From NCBI GenBank assembly GCA_002811645.1, contig PDIP01000064.1, forward strand, positions 208,763-272,762: DNA of 64,000 nucleotides, read 5' to 3'. The stretch comes from Corallochytrium limacisporum Hawaii (lineage: Eukaryota; Protista; Pluriformea). This document shows, piece by piece, positions 21,627-32,183 of this stretch; positions within the stretch are counted from its first letter, which is position 1, and each line of letters begins with the position of its first letter. Made by a program: the position numbers and the translations under genes. Below the pieces are notes generated by a model, which saw nothing but the letters and a program-made list of their open reading frames with translations, searched no databases and was not told where the DNA came from.

Positions 21627-23078
21627 ATGCCGACACCAACTCTATCACTTCTGTTCATGGGTGGCCATACCCTGGAACAAGAACCACACAGAATCTCTAT
21701 CGCAAAGTATTACCAATTGCCGCGATTAATTGCGACAGTGTTGGTCATCCTTGCGTATGTTTTCTTCATGATTAACACAGCAACGCCATCGGCTGACCTA
21801 TTCTGCGTGCATCATGTATCATCAAATGAAGAGGATGATGATGCCATTCGCGCCATGGAAGACACGGACTGCCTGCTCAAAGTACGCATGGGTTCACCAG
21901 TAGTGTTGGGATTGTTCTGGACCGCAGAGACCTTTGAGTACAATTTCGAACTTGAGAATTGCGAAGTTGTAAGTGGAAACGATTTAGAAACGCAGAAGAG
22001 CAAAGCTGGAAGCATTCAATACGGGTTGACGGACGGAAGTTATCTGCTGCAACTCAAGGCGAAAGATGGTGGTGTCTACAATGCTGTCGCCATGCGCAAT
22101 CGACAGGCGGTGTCGCGCAAGTGCCTAGACATACAGTTGTTCCAGGCGTCCACTGTCAATGTTCACAAAAAACAGCTTGAGTATCATTTAGATCATCATC
22201 CAACATCATTCTCGGTCCCATTGGCCATGATCTTGGCCGTGGCGGCTGTTTTTACGCTGCGGGCTTTGGTCTGGGACCAGTTTGAGGTCAATGCCAGGGA
22301 AGGCACTGTAAAGATTCAAACCAAGAGTGGCTACGGTACCACTTTGGATTTCAGTGTGTACCCCGTCGATCGAGTCATGAAATTTGGCGTTAAAGAGTAC
22401 AATGAACTCGAACTAGCCATGCAAGATTCCCGCGGGCGGGTATCGAACTCACGGGCACTTGGAAGCTTCGGCGCGAGCGCCGGCCGCACCCTATTTCGTG
22501 CGGCCTACCTCGCACAAATACAGGCAACAGCAAATCAGAGCCAGGGCGGTGGAACTGTAATGGCCAACTACCACAATATCTTCTGTAAAGTCAGGACTGA
22601 CTCGGTCATGGGCAGTCCGAACACGGACCCGTCGCGCGTGGCTCTGGTGAGTATCTTCTCTCAGCCACATTTAACCTTCGATGAGGCTGACGAGATTGCC
22701 AGTATGCTCAATCGGTTCTTGAGAGAATGTATTGATGAGGCCGTGCATGTAACCACGGGAGAGGATTTCAGTCCTCGGCCGGCGTCGACAGTGGGAGTGG
22801 AAGGATTATACGGGAGCGGCTCAGAGGTGGAGGCGGTACAGGGTATGGAATTGAACGATCTTAGTACTCCTCGCCTCAATCAGTCTCCCCAGGACAACTT
22901 TGCCCCTCTAATTCAGCAGCGCCAGACAACGTGCGTAGTTTGCCTCACAAACATTCCAAAGATTGTGTTCTTCCCCTGCAAGCATGCAATTGTGTGCATT
23001 AATTGTAGCGAAGGATTGGAGACCTGTCCAATGTGCCGTACACCGATTAGTCAGAAGACGGTCATGTATCTACCTTAG
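21627..23078 (+). CDS. Membrane-anchored RING-HC E3 ubiquitin ligase (2 TM plus C-terminal C3HC4, MUL1/IAP-type RING)
   Basis: C-terminal CVVCLTNIPKIVFFPCKHAIVCINCSEGLETCPMCRTPI and two hydrophobic segments (LIATVLVILAYVFFMI; FSVPLAMILAVAAVFTL). First ATG at 21627. Confidence 0.87.
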   Translation: MPTPTLSLLFMGGHTLEQEPHRISIAKYYQLPRLIATVLVILAYVFFMINTATPSADLFCVHHVSSNEEDDDAIRAMEDTDCLLKVRMGSPVVLGLFWTAETFEYNFELENCEVVSGNDLETQKSKAGSIQYGLTDGSYLLQLKAKDGGVYNAVAMRNRQAVSRKCLDIQLFQASTVNVHKKQLEYHLDHHPTSFSVPLAMILAVAAVFTLRALVWDQFEVNAREGTVKIQTKSGYGTTLDFSVYPVDRVMKFGVKEYNELELAMQDSRGRVSNSRALGSFGASAGRTLFRAAYLAQIQATANQSQGGGTVMANYHNIFCKVRTDSVMGSPNTDPSRVALVSIFSQPHLTFDEADEIASMLNRFLRECIDEAVHVTTGEDFSPRPASTVGVEGLYGSGSEVEAVQGMELNDLSTPRLNQSPQDNFAPLIQQRQTTCVVCLTNIPKIVFFPCKHAIVCINCSEGLETCPMCRTPISQKTVMYLP

Positions 23079-23117
23079 TAAAAATTGTATATTGAGTCCT
23101 TAGATTGATTTTGTTCT

Positions 23118-23840
23118 TTATAGTGCACGTTGAATTGATGATGATACCCAGGATGCAGGATTACATTTACGGATACATGTCATCTTTTGGAGATTCCTTG
23201 GCAGAGATTTTTTTGTCACCCCTGAGTCGTCATCTTCGTCACTCACTTTGGAGTAAAACAGGTTATAAAATGTTTGCAATCGATATATCATTTCTCGGGG
23301 CGGTACGTCCGGATCACAGGCTAGTCCCAGATTCCCAGCCAGTTCCCGCAATTGAGGTCCTCTCAGATCAGCGTACTTTAGGGGACGCCTCTTCATCAGC
23401 GCTAGACAGTAAGTACGGGTCACATGCCGTGCGCTTGAGCCCTTATGTACCAGACGGTGATCCCGGACAAATTGCTTTAGAACATCAAGGCTCAGTTCGG
23501 CCAGAAATTCGTTTGGAACAGGCAAGCTCCCGTTTGCTGACCTGGCGTCCTCGTCCACGGTTGTATTGTAAGGCACACGTTGAATTACTTTGGTGGCCAA
23601 GGGTTTGGGAGATTTGTAGTAGAAGACTTCAGGTTCAGTTTGAATTGTTGTTCTCCGCCGAGCTTTTGCCGCCGGGCTAAGAGTGCGAGCCTGACTTGAC
23701 TGTATACGTGATCCTTTTCTCTTTGGGGTGTTCAGATTCGGACTTCGCATGTGCATGACCGAGATGCTCTTTTCAGTCCGCAATGGGGTCGCTGGCTGAG
23801 AGACGGCCCGCCCTTTGATTTCTAAACCACCCAAAGGCAT
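23118..23840 (-). CDS. Hypothetical basic protein, possibly with helix-extension-helix (SAP/HeH-like) motifs; 5' end uncertain
   Basis: About 240-aa ORF with a K/R/S/P-rich N-half and two short helical motifs (LAELSLDVLKQFVRDHRL; YADLRGPQLRELAGNLGL...EMIYRLQ). It is convergent with the RING gene, 39 bp apart. Confidence 0.5.
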   Translation of the reverse strand: MPLGGLEIKGRAVSQPATPLRTEKSISVMHMRSPNLNTPKRKGSRIQSSQARTLSPAAKARRRTTIQTEPEVFYYKSPKPLATKVIQRVPYNTTVDEDARSANGSLPVPNEFLAELSLDVLKQFVRDHRLVHKGSSARHVTRTYCLALMKRRPLKYADLRGPQLRELAGNLGLACDPDVPPREMIYRLQTFYNLFYSKVSDEDDDSGVTKKSLPRNLQKMTCIRKCNPASWVSSSIQRAL

Positions 23841-26800
23841 GTTTGCCACGAACTAAGGCATGCAGTCTATTGCTATCTGCTTTGAACTCAGAGTTTATCT
23901 TCTTCCGTGGTTCTGCTAGGAAGCAGACTTCGCGTGTTGATGCCCCCTCGTCTTTCCGCGGAGAAGACGTACTCGGTCTACTGTCAGTCGGCACTGACTT
24001 CCTGAAGTACCAACATATCCATGGAATCTGTATCACATACCATGATGGTAGACCTATCTTACATAATGTACTCCGCAAGCTCTTGTCGTTGTGAACACGT
24101 AAGCAAATCAACTTTCGCGGTCATCTGTCCCCCTTTCCCACTTTCGCATAACCCGCACTGCAACACTCGGCAATCTCGCCCTCCCTCTATGAATTTCCTT
24201 ACGGGTGGCAATCAATTTTGTTCGGGGGCGGGTGGAAGCGGAAACGGCCAAGAGGCCAGGAGCGAGTAGCGGCGGAGGGGGGGGGGGGGAATTTGACCCT
24301 GCCCACCCCCCCCCCCCCCCCGGGGGGGGAGGGGGGCCCTGGCACTCCTTTCTCCAGCCAGCCGTGATTAATGTGGCAGATAAAGACCCGGAATAAAAGA
24401 GGCCCCCGTTCCAAACACCACCATGACCCTGGCAGGTATAACACTGAAACCCTATTTAACAATTTAAAAATTATCTAACCAATCAGAGACTCGGAAAAGC
24501 GGGGGTCTCGTTTTTAGCGGCCAACCCCTCGTTCCGCATTTTTACTTCCTTTCGTTTCGAGAGGGAGTTTGAAGCGCGGAGGGGGGGACCACGGAGCAAG
24601 AAGCGGCCGCTGCAGGAAACAATAGCCAGAGTGACAGCGCAAAGCTCCAGGGCCACGTACGGGAAAACCGACAAGACTGACACAACGAAAGCAAAACAGG
24701 GAAAAGACCGCCTACCTTTTGCTGTCTTTCGAACGGCAAAGAACGCTGGCAGGAGACACACCACTGCACGACCAAGGATAGGTGTGTCAAAATCGCCGGT
24801 ACTGTGATATCATCAATTGTATAGAAAACATGAGATAAAAAAGTTTAGCATTTCGCCGAGCAAGATAGGGGAGCCATCTCCAAAGAAATTGTCCCGTGTG
24901 TGTTCGGGTTCGGGTTTCTCTGCAGAGGGTTTTGGGTAGCGGTGGTGTCCGAGCCCGGGTGGGGGGACCCTGGCTAAGCACAAGGAGTCCCCCCGATTGG
25001 TCCGAATGCGGAGGGAAGGGTAGAACACATGAACGGCCCGAGCGGAGTGGGCCACGGGGGGTTGGAGGAGAGGGAGAGAATGGTGAAACCAGGAGGAGAA
25101 AAATGGTCAAAGAATGGTAAACATACGATGCGTGGCACTATTAATGAATATATTTAGTACCAGTGGTATGAGTTTACGAACGATTGACGGAATGGGGACA
25201 GGTGGAAAAATTTCGGCTATTTCATGCATTTCTCTTTCTTTCGTCTGCCCCGTTCTTTTTCTTTTATCTTTTCTTTTTTTTTTTGTGGGGGATTTCTCCT
25301 TGCTTTTTTCCTGTCACATTCTGGTCGGCCAGGGAGGCCCCAGCTGTCTCTGTCCCTCACAGCTGCACGTCGTTCGCAAGCCCCGGCTCTAAATCCGTAG
25401 CACACAAACACACAAAACGGCACAACAAACGATCAATTTTCTATATATTCAGTATGCCAAACTTACCTCCAGGTTTTCAATGTTGCTCACCTGCTGGTCC
25501 CCCCACAGCCCCCTTGCCCCCCCGTTCTGTCCAGTCTGTGGCCGTTGTGCTCTGTGTTTCGGTACTTGCCGTCTACGGCTTCTGTGGTTGGTCCGTTTGG
25601 ACAGAGCGAGCAAGGAGAGAGGCTAAGATTTTTTTCGGTCCCACCCCCCCCTGCCAAAAAGTTGTCGGAAACGCGACAGTGTGGGGGGAGGGGGCAGGTG
25701 GGGTTTTGGGTAGTCTGCCCTCCTCCCTTCCTTTAGACCCCCCCTCCTCCCCCGTCGTATTCCCTTCGTGCTCGTTAGTACGTTTACTTTCTATTTTTCA
25801 ATTCCGTCATGTGTTTTTCTTTTCCACGTCGCCCGGTTAAAGGTGCCTGTTTGTTCTCCTTCGCTCCTCGGCCAAACCGACGGTGCGTGTCCATTCTTTG
25901 TGGTGGTGGGGCTCCCCTCGCTGGGTGGGATGTGGGGCGGTGGTGGCGGGGCCACGGTAAACTTAGGGCGTAGTGTGTCTTTCCACGGTCAAACTCCCAT
26001 AGGCGAACAACCGGCCAGTGTGTGCCGGGGGCCGCGGGGGGGCGGGCTTCGGGAGGGAACTGGGCTAGAAACCAACCCCTCCGTGCTTTGCGGAGCGGGG
26101 TTACAGGGAGGAGACGGCCCGGGAGGGGAGATGGTCTGTGAATGAAGAGAGGGGTCTCACCGTCCCTGCCCTTCGGCGGGGCCATGTACAAGCGGCGTCC
26201 GGTCGATGTGATAACGAATGTATGGAGAGCTAAGCCGGGGCCGAGGTCAAAAATCAGTGAATGTCCACGGTCTCTCTACTTTTTTTTTTTGGTGTTCTTG
26301 TTTTCTCTTTTATTTTTAGATTTTTGAGTTTCACTCATATTTTTTCTTTGGGCCGTCAAAAGAAATAAAGGAAGAGTCATAGAGACCAAACCGCCTGGCC
26401 AAACGACTTGGTGGTCGTCGGTTTGCTTTCTGAGTTGAGTGTGCGTGTGTGCGGGAAAAAGGACCGAGCCAAGCGGCGGGTAAAACGTTGGGACTGGGAT
26501 GTGAACAGCCGTAAAGCAAAAGACACAAACGCTGCAATGGTGTTCTGTTTTTTTTTAAGCGACCAAAGCCAAAGCGGCGAGACTGGCGAGCCATTTTGCC
26601 CAACTCCCCTCCCCCCCCCCGGAGGCCCCCGACCAAACCACCTCCCCTTCACGCCTCACCTGTATCGGTCTCAGTCTCTCTCTCTCTCTTTCTCTCTCGC
26701 TCTCGCTCGCTTTCTCATTTTCTGCTGTCGAGAAAGACGGGTTGAGAGGGGGGGAGGAGGAGGGGGGGGGTGATGATTTCAGAAATTTGGCACAACACAC

Positions 26801-27267
26801 CAACACGGCAGTGGGCACTCACTACATGACTACCTAGCACCACAGCGTAGCGAGAGGGCGAGAGAGAGAGAGAGAGAGTGTGTGTGTGACAGGGCGATAC
26901 TTTCGAAGCCACCTCCCGTGTCGTTCTTGGGTGTTGCGTCTTTGATAACATCGCGGCAGTCATGTAGGAACTGAATGCGTGCTGCGGGTCATTGGTTGCG
27001 GGTAACCCAAGCGGTGCAGAATGGGTCACCTGGCAGGTACACAAAGCTTGTGAGTGGTAGGACCTGACATCCACTGTAGCGCTGGAGGTGAAAGCGACCT
27101 GTGTGAGAGCTCCCGACGGAATAGAAGTGGAGCCTCTTGGTTTGGGACTTGCATAGGTTACAATAGTCCCCTATTCACACGGGTTATCCCAGGTGGTGTT
27201 GAATCACCAGAGAACTTAGTGCACAAACGCAGACTGGGTCTGCAAATAGTATACATAGCCCGCAACC

Positions 27268-30200
27268 ATGGCCGATTTCCAGGCAAAACAGAAAGCCATC
27301 GCTGGCGTTGACGACATGGTTTTGTTGTCCAACGTCAACGAAAAGGCGATTCTAGAGAACTTGAAGAAGAGGCACTTTGCGAAGCTCATGTTTTGCTACA
27401 TTGGACCTGTGTTGGTAGCCGTCAACCCGTTCCAACAGTTGCCCTACTTCACGGACAGGGAGGTCGATCAGTACCAGGGCATTCCGCCACACGAGAATCC
27501 TCCGCATATTTACGCTGTGGCCGACAGCATGTTTCGCAATATGTTGATTGACCGGGAGAACCAGTGCGTCATCATTTCGGGTGAGTCAGGCGCGGGTAAG
27601 ACCGTCAGCGCCAAGTTCATCATGAACTACCTGGCCCAGGTTTCCGGGGGCGGTGGCGATGCTCAGCACGTCAAGAGCGTCGTGCTGGAATCTAACCCCC
27701 TGCTCGAGGCCTTTGGTAACGCTAAGACCCTCCGCAACAACAATTCAAGTCGATTTGGCAAGTACTTTGAGATTGGTTTCAGCGTAGCCGGCGCCCCGAA
27801 TGGTGGTAAGATCAACCAGTTCCTGCTGGAAAAAAGCCGTGTGGTTGGTGTGCAGAAGGGTGAACGTACTTTCCACATTTTCTACCAGCTGTCCAAGGGT
27901 GCCAGCCCGCAACAACGTGAAGTGCTGGGCGTGGACGGTAAGATGGACTACTTCCGCTACCTGGCCCAGAGCACTTGCTATGATGCGGATGGTATTGATG
28001 ATGTGAAGGAATTCCAGGACACTCAGCGGGCAATGGGTGTTATGGGCATTGATGATGGCACTCAGATGGAAATTCTGAAGATCGTGGCCGGTATTCTGCA
28101 TTTGGGTAACATTACGTTCATTGAGGATGGAAACAACGCCCAGGTGGCGGACATGGGCTTCCTCGATTTCCCTGCCTACCTGCTGGGCATTGACTCCCAG
28201 TCCCTGAACGCCAAGCTCACCACCCGCAGAATCGAGACCCGCTCAGCTGGTCGCCGTAACTCTATCTACGATTCTCCCTTGAACGTTGAGCAGGCTGGTT
28301 TCACTCGTGATGCCCTCGCCAAAGCTGTATACGCGCGCATGTTTGACTGGCTGATCGAGGCTGTCAACCGTGCCCTGGGCAACCACAACTTTGACTTGAG
28401 CATCGGTGTGCTGGATATCTACGGTTTCGAGATTTTCGACAAGAATGGTTTTGAACAGTTTTGCATTAACTTTGTGAACGAGAAGTTACAGCAGATTTTC
28501 ATCGAACTGACCCTGAAGCAGGAGCAGGAAGAGTATAACCGGGAAGGCATCAAGTGGACGCCCATCGACTACTTCAACAACAAGATTGTGTGCGATCTGA
28601 TTGAGGGCAAGAGCCCACCGGGTCTTTCGCTTATTCTGGATGACGTGTGCAAGACCATGCACGCCCAGTCAGATGGCGCCGATATCAAGTTTGTTCAAAA
28701 AGCTTCCATGGGTGTGCCCAACAACCCACGCTTCCAGACCCTGAACACTGGCTTTGTGATTCAGCACTACGCCGGAAATGTAACCTATGAGGCTGATGGA
28801 TTTGTCGAGAAGAACCGTGACACCCTGTACAAGGACCTCGTTGAGCTCATGCAAATGTCCCAGAGCACGTTCATCCGCAACCTGTTCCCAGACGTACTTG
28901 ACGACGACAAGAAGACGAAGATTACCTTTGGTACGAAGATTCGTCGCCAGGCCAATGAATTGGTCGAGACACTGATGAAGGCCCAACCGTCCTACATCCG
29001 TTGCATCAAGCCCAACGATACGTTGAAGCCTGGAGACTTTGAGGACCGGCGCGTGAGTCATCAGATCAAGTATCTCGGTCTTAAGGAGAATATCCGTGTT
29101 CGCCGTGCCGGGTTTGCGTACCGCCCCTTCTTTGACAAATTCCTTCGCCGCTATGCCATCTTGTCAAACCGTACCTTCCCGTACTGGACCGGTGATCCCA
29201 TCGAGGGATGCAAGATAATTCTCACTGCGGCTAACATGGACCCGGCGGAGTGGCAGATCGGTAAGACCAAGCTATTCGTTAAGTCTCCGGAATCCCTCTT
29301 CATGCTCGAAGAGCTGCGTGAGCGCAAGTACAACGGGTATGCTAAGAAGATTCAGCGGGCCTGGCGTCGGTGGAACAATGAGAAGTACTACCTGGAGCTG
29401 CGCCAGAAGGCACTCACAGTGCTCGGTGGTCGCAAACAGAGGCATCGCAACACAATCAACCGCTTCTTCGTGTCTGACTATATTGGCTACATGGACAACA
29501 AGGTCTTGCAGTCGTTCGTGGGCAAGAAGGAACGAGTTGGCTTCGCTGACAAGGTCACACTGTACGACAAGAAGTTCCAAACCAGTAAGGCTGATCTGAT
29601 GATCGGTGAGCGCATCGTTTACATTGTCGGTCTGGAGAAGGCCAAGGAAGGTCCCAACAAAGGCAAACTGCAACGTGTTCTGAAGCACAAGCTGGCATGC
29701 ACGGGCATTGCGTCCATTGACATTTCGACGCGGCCCGACGGATTCATCTTGATCCACCCGGTCAATCCCGACCCCAAACACCCAGTCTACGACATTTTGC
29801 TGGAGAGTGTTTTCAAGACAGAGTTTCTGGTCGTCCTCACCGAGGTGTTCCAGAAGGCCCTGCAACGCAATCCTCCGCTCAATTTCACTGACAACATGGA
29901 GATGAGTGTTAAGAAGAAGCTGCTGGACCGCAGTGGCAAGCGTGCGATTACCTTTGTTGCGGGATCGATGCCCAACGCCGTGGTCAGGTCCCACGGCACG
30001 AAGGGCGCAACTATTGAAGTTGCGGACGGGCTGCCCGCCGATTCCAAGCCCACCCGTAACCGCCGCCCGGCCAAGGAACGCAAGGCCGAGGACCGCTTCC
30101 AAGGTGGTGCTCCGCCTCCGGAGGTCAACTACTACCAGCAGCGTATGCAGCAGCAGCAGCAGCAGCCCCAGCCTCATCGCCCGGCGGCACCCATGGCTGC

Positions 30201-30726
30201 CGCCGCCGCTGCACACCAGCCGCCGGCCGCTGCACACCAACCGTCTCCTATGCAGGCCAAGGCACCGACCGGCTCCTCTCAGGATGTCCGTAACGACATT
30301 GCCGCACGCGTCGCGGCCATGGGAGGTATGGGTAGACCCCCACAACAGCTCCAGCAGCAGCAGCAGCAACAGCCTCGCCACCACCACCAACCCGCGGCTA
30401 CGAATGGAGGTCCCCGGGCCGTGCCTGGCGTGACCGCGGGCCAGGGTGGAGGGCGCCTAGCACCGCAGCAAAAGACACCCAATTCGCTTAGCCCAGGCGG
30501 ATCACCTGCCCCGGCGAAGAAGCGCAAGCCTCCGCCGCCCGTGCCCAAACGCCGCACACCGAAGGTCCGCGCGATCTACGACTACGAAGCCCAGGATGCG
30601 GACGAATTGAGCTTCGCCGCCGGAACAGAGATTGAGCTGCGCAAGGAGGACCCGAGCGGCTGGTGGGAAGGCAGGCTGAATGGCAAGGTCGGACTTTTCC
30701 CTGGGAACTACGTAGAGAAGCTCTAG
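27268..30726 (+). CDS. myo1: Long-tailed class I myosin (motor, IQ, TH1, Q/P/A-rich TH2, SH3; MYO1E/F-like)
   Basis: GVDDMVLL, P-loop [58 protein letters not shown] motif KIQRAWRR and SH3 AIYDYEA...GWWEG...[10 protein letters not shown]. Confidence 0.98.
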   Translation: MADFQAKQKAIAGVDDMVLLSNVNEKAILENLKKRHFAKLMFCYIGPVLVAVNPFQQLPYFTDREVDQYQGIPPHENPPHIYAVADSMFRNMLIDRENQCVIISGESGAGKTVSAKFIMNYLAQVSGGGGDAQHVKSVVLESNPLLEAFGNAKTLRNNNSSRFGKYFEIGFSVAGAPNGGKINQFLLEKSRVVGVQKGERTFHIFYQLSKGASPQQREVLGVDGKMDYFRYLAQSTCYDADGIDDVKEFQDTQRAMGVMGIDDGTQMEILKIVAGILHLGNITFIEDGNNAQVADMGFLDFPAYLLGIDSQSLNAKLTTRRIETRSAGRRNSIYDSPLNVEQAGFTRDALAKAVYARMFDWLIEAVNRALGNHNFDLSIGVLDIYGFEIFDKNGFEQFCINFVNEKLQQIFIELTLKQEQEEYNREGIKWTPIDYFNNKIVCDLIEGKSPPGLSLILDDVCKTMHAQSDGADIKFVQKASMGVPNNPRFQTLNTGFVIQHYAGNVTYEADGFVEKNRDTLYKDLVELMQMSQSTFIRNLFPDVLDDDKKTKITFGTKIRRQANELVETLMKAQPSYIRCIKPNDTLKPGDFEDRRVSHQIKYLGLKENIRVRRAGFAYRPFFDKFLRRYAILSNRTFPYWTGDPIEGCKIILTAANMDPAEWQIGKTKLFVKSPESLFMLEELRERKYNGYAKKIQRAWRRWNNEKYYLELRQKALTVLGGRKQRHRNTINRFFVSDYIGYMDNKVLQSFVGKKERVGFADKVTLYDKKFQTSKADLMIGERIVYIVGLEKAKEGPNKGKLQRVLKHKLACTGIASIDISTRPDGFILIHPVNPDPKHPVYDILLESVFKTEFLVVLTEVFQKALQRNPPLNFTDNMEMSVKKKLLDRSGKRAITFVAGSMPNAVVRSHGTKGATIEVADGLPADSKPTRNRRPAKERKAEDRFQGGAPPPEVNYYQQRMQQQQQQPQPHRPAAPMAAAAAAHQPPAAAHQPSPMQAKAPTGSSQDVRNDIAARVAAMGGMGRPPQQLQQQQQQQPRHHHQPAATNGGPRAVPGVTAGQGGGRLAPQQKTPNSLSPGGSPAPAKKRKPPPPVPKRRTPKVRAIYDYEAQDADELSFAAGTEIELRKEDPSGWWEGRLNGKVGLFPGNYVEKL

Positions 30727-30928
30727 ACATCCAAGCCAAAGGATGCAGATTCATAAGAGGAGTGCGACGTCAGGGAACAAGTCGGAAGAAATCACACCGC
30801 ACAAAATGAGAACGAAATCAATCCCCTAACTTTCATCTGTAACTTACAGTTATAGGATGACCGTAAGAATATATAAAATGCACTTTGTCTAAAGCAATAA
30901 TGATGTTATTGTCTATGTGTGGTTGCAC

Positions 30929-32044
30929 TTAGCGTGACACAGCGCCGTCAGGAGGGCTACCATCGTTGGCTGCATCGTTGCAGATTTCCCTTCCGAGCGC
31001 ATCGTTACCCGGTGTGCCGAGCTCATACTGGCAGTAATTGACCGAAAATTCTGAAAATTGGGAGAACTGCTGCAAGCGCTTCGCGTAACCGGCAACGGGA
31101 TTCTCGCTGGTTAACTTATGGGCGTTGCCGTATAACCAGTTACTAAATATGTTGAGAACGAATTTCTTGGGCCGGAACACATCCACCACCCGCGCAATCA
31201 GGTCATCGTAGTTCTTCATGTGGATGTTGCACTCAAAGCTGACGTAAGAGAAGTCATCCTGTGGTGTTACGTGGATGGTGAAGTAAACCTCATCTTTGAT
31301 AGCGTTTGCCGAGTAGCCGCATGGCTCAAACAGTACGTCATCCAGTTTGGCACCGGGAAGGATATCTGCAATGCCAGATTTGATGGTTACTTGGCGAGCG
31401 GTCATTTCATGGCCCTTGATCTTTCCATCTGTTTGTCCTGGCGCGGCTTGTGACTTGTAGAACTGTTGCATCTTCTCGGGGTCCAGCTCACTCATGAGCA
31501 GCTCGAAGCTGACATCTGCCTCCGCGAATTCCCGTTCGACCTTATCCAGTGTGTAAAGGTACCAAGTATCCTTGTTGACCTTACCCAGAGAGTAGCCCGC
31601 GCCGTGCTTAAAGTATTGATCCAGGTAATTCACTTCATATTCAAACTGTCGATGAGGCTCCAGCTGTGCCTCCGGTCGCAGGAAGGCTGCGCGACTGTAG
31701 AATATGTCGAGTACATCAGTGATGCCGCACTCCTCTTTGGCCAGTTCCAGCAATTTGGGCACGCAGTAGAGCAGTGTGGTTGTGCCGCAGGTCTTGAGAA
31801 TAACCCGATTACGGCTCACAAACAGACTGCTCTCACTCAGAACGTAAGCATCGTAGTAATCATTGTGAATACTACTCAAGATCGTACATTTCGCATTCTC
31901 CAAGAACACCTGCCAACGGTCCTTGGTGATTTGACGCAGGCCATCTTCACCTCTTGTGTGCGTAGATCCATCCGGGGTTTTGAACCAAACTTCCAAGAGC
32001 TTTTCGCGACCTTCAAAAAATTCGTGTTCCTCGTTCGAGGCCAT
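30929..32044 (-). CDS. AMD1: S-adenosylmethionine decarboxylase proenzyme (eukaryotic AdoMetDC)
   Basis: FFEGREKLLEVWF, self-cleavage site YVLSE|SSLFV, LKTCGTT, FEPCGYSAN and TIHVTPQDDFSYVSFE. Confidence 0.98.
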   Translation of the reverse strand: MASNEEHEFFEGREKLLEVWFKTPDGSTHTRGEDGLRQITKDRWQVFLENAKCTILSSIHNDYYDAYVLSESSLFVSRNRVILKTCGTTTLLYCVPKLLELAKEECGITDVLDIFYSRAAFLRPEAQLEPHRQFEYEVNYLDQYFKHGAGYSLGKVNKDTWYLYTLDKVEREFAEADVSFELLMSELDPEKMQQFYKSQAAPGQTDGKIKGHEMTARQVTIKSGIADILPGAKLDDVLFEPCGYSANAIKDEVYFTIHVTPQDDFSYVSFECNIHMKNYDDLIARVVDVFRPKKFVLNIFSNWLYGNAHKLTSENPVAGYAKRLQQFSQFSEFSVNYCQYELGTPGNDALGREICNDAANDGSPPDGAVSR

Positions 32045-32110
32045 TGTGTTCCGTGCTGTATACTAAACAAACGATGCTGTCTGCAAATTATGGGTTCCTT
32101 CCGCGGAGTT

Positions 32111-32116
32111 TTACAT
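32111..32116 (-). promoter_or_regulatory. Minimal AUG-UAA uORF in the AdoMetDC leader
   Basis: The minus strand reads gcatATGTAAaac. It is in the same frame as MEGS* and the main ORF, with a weak context. Confidence 0.4.
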
Positions 32117-32134
32117 ATGCTTCGACTCGGGATG

Positions 32135-32149
32135 TCAGGAGCCCTCCAT
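32135..32149 (-). promoter_or_regulatory. uORF MEGS* in the AdoMetDC leader, ending in an antizyme-type UCC-UGA +1 shift site
   Basis: The minus strand reads ccgccacaATG GAG GGC TCC TGA C, a strong Kozak context (-3 A, +4 G). It sits 105 nt upstream of the AdoMetDC ATG, and the +1 frame is open from 32136 to the stop ending at 31876. Confidence 0.75.
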
Positions 32150-32177
32150 TGTGGCGGTTGGTCAATAGGAACTTTTA

Positions 32178-32183
32178 TTTATA
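32178..32183 (-). promoter_or_regulatory. Candidate TATA box of the AdoMetDC gene
   Basis: The minus strand reads gatTATAAAtaaaag, about 30 nt upstream of the uORF AUG. Confidence 0.45.

Noticed and set aside
29272-30390. Long antisense ORFs opposite myosin I (also opposite LysRS, AdoMetDC 31466-32392 and subtilisin 40280-41149)
   Set aside because: These are shadow ORFs caused by codon bias and repeats in the real genes, with no recognisable motifs.
30870-30931. Stop-codon readthrough tail on AdoMetDC, as proposed for vertebrate AMD1
   Set aside because: The stop is UAA-G, not a leaky UGA-CUAG-type context.
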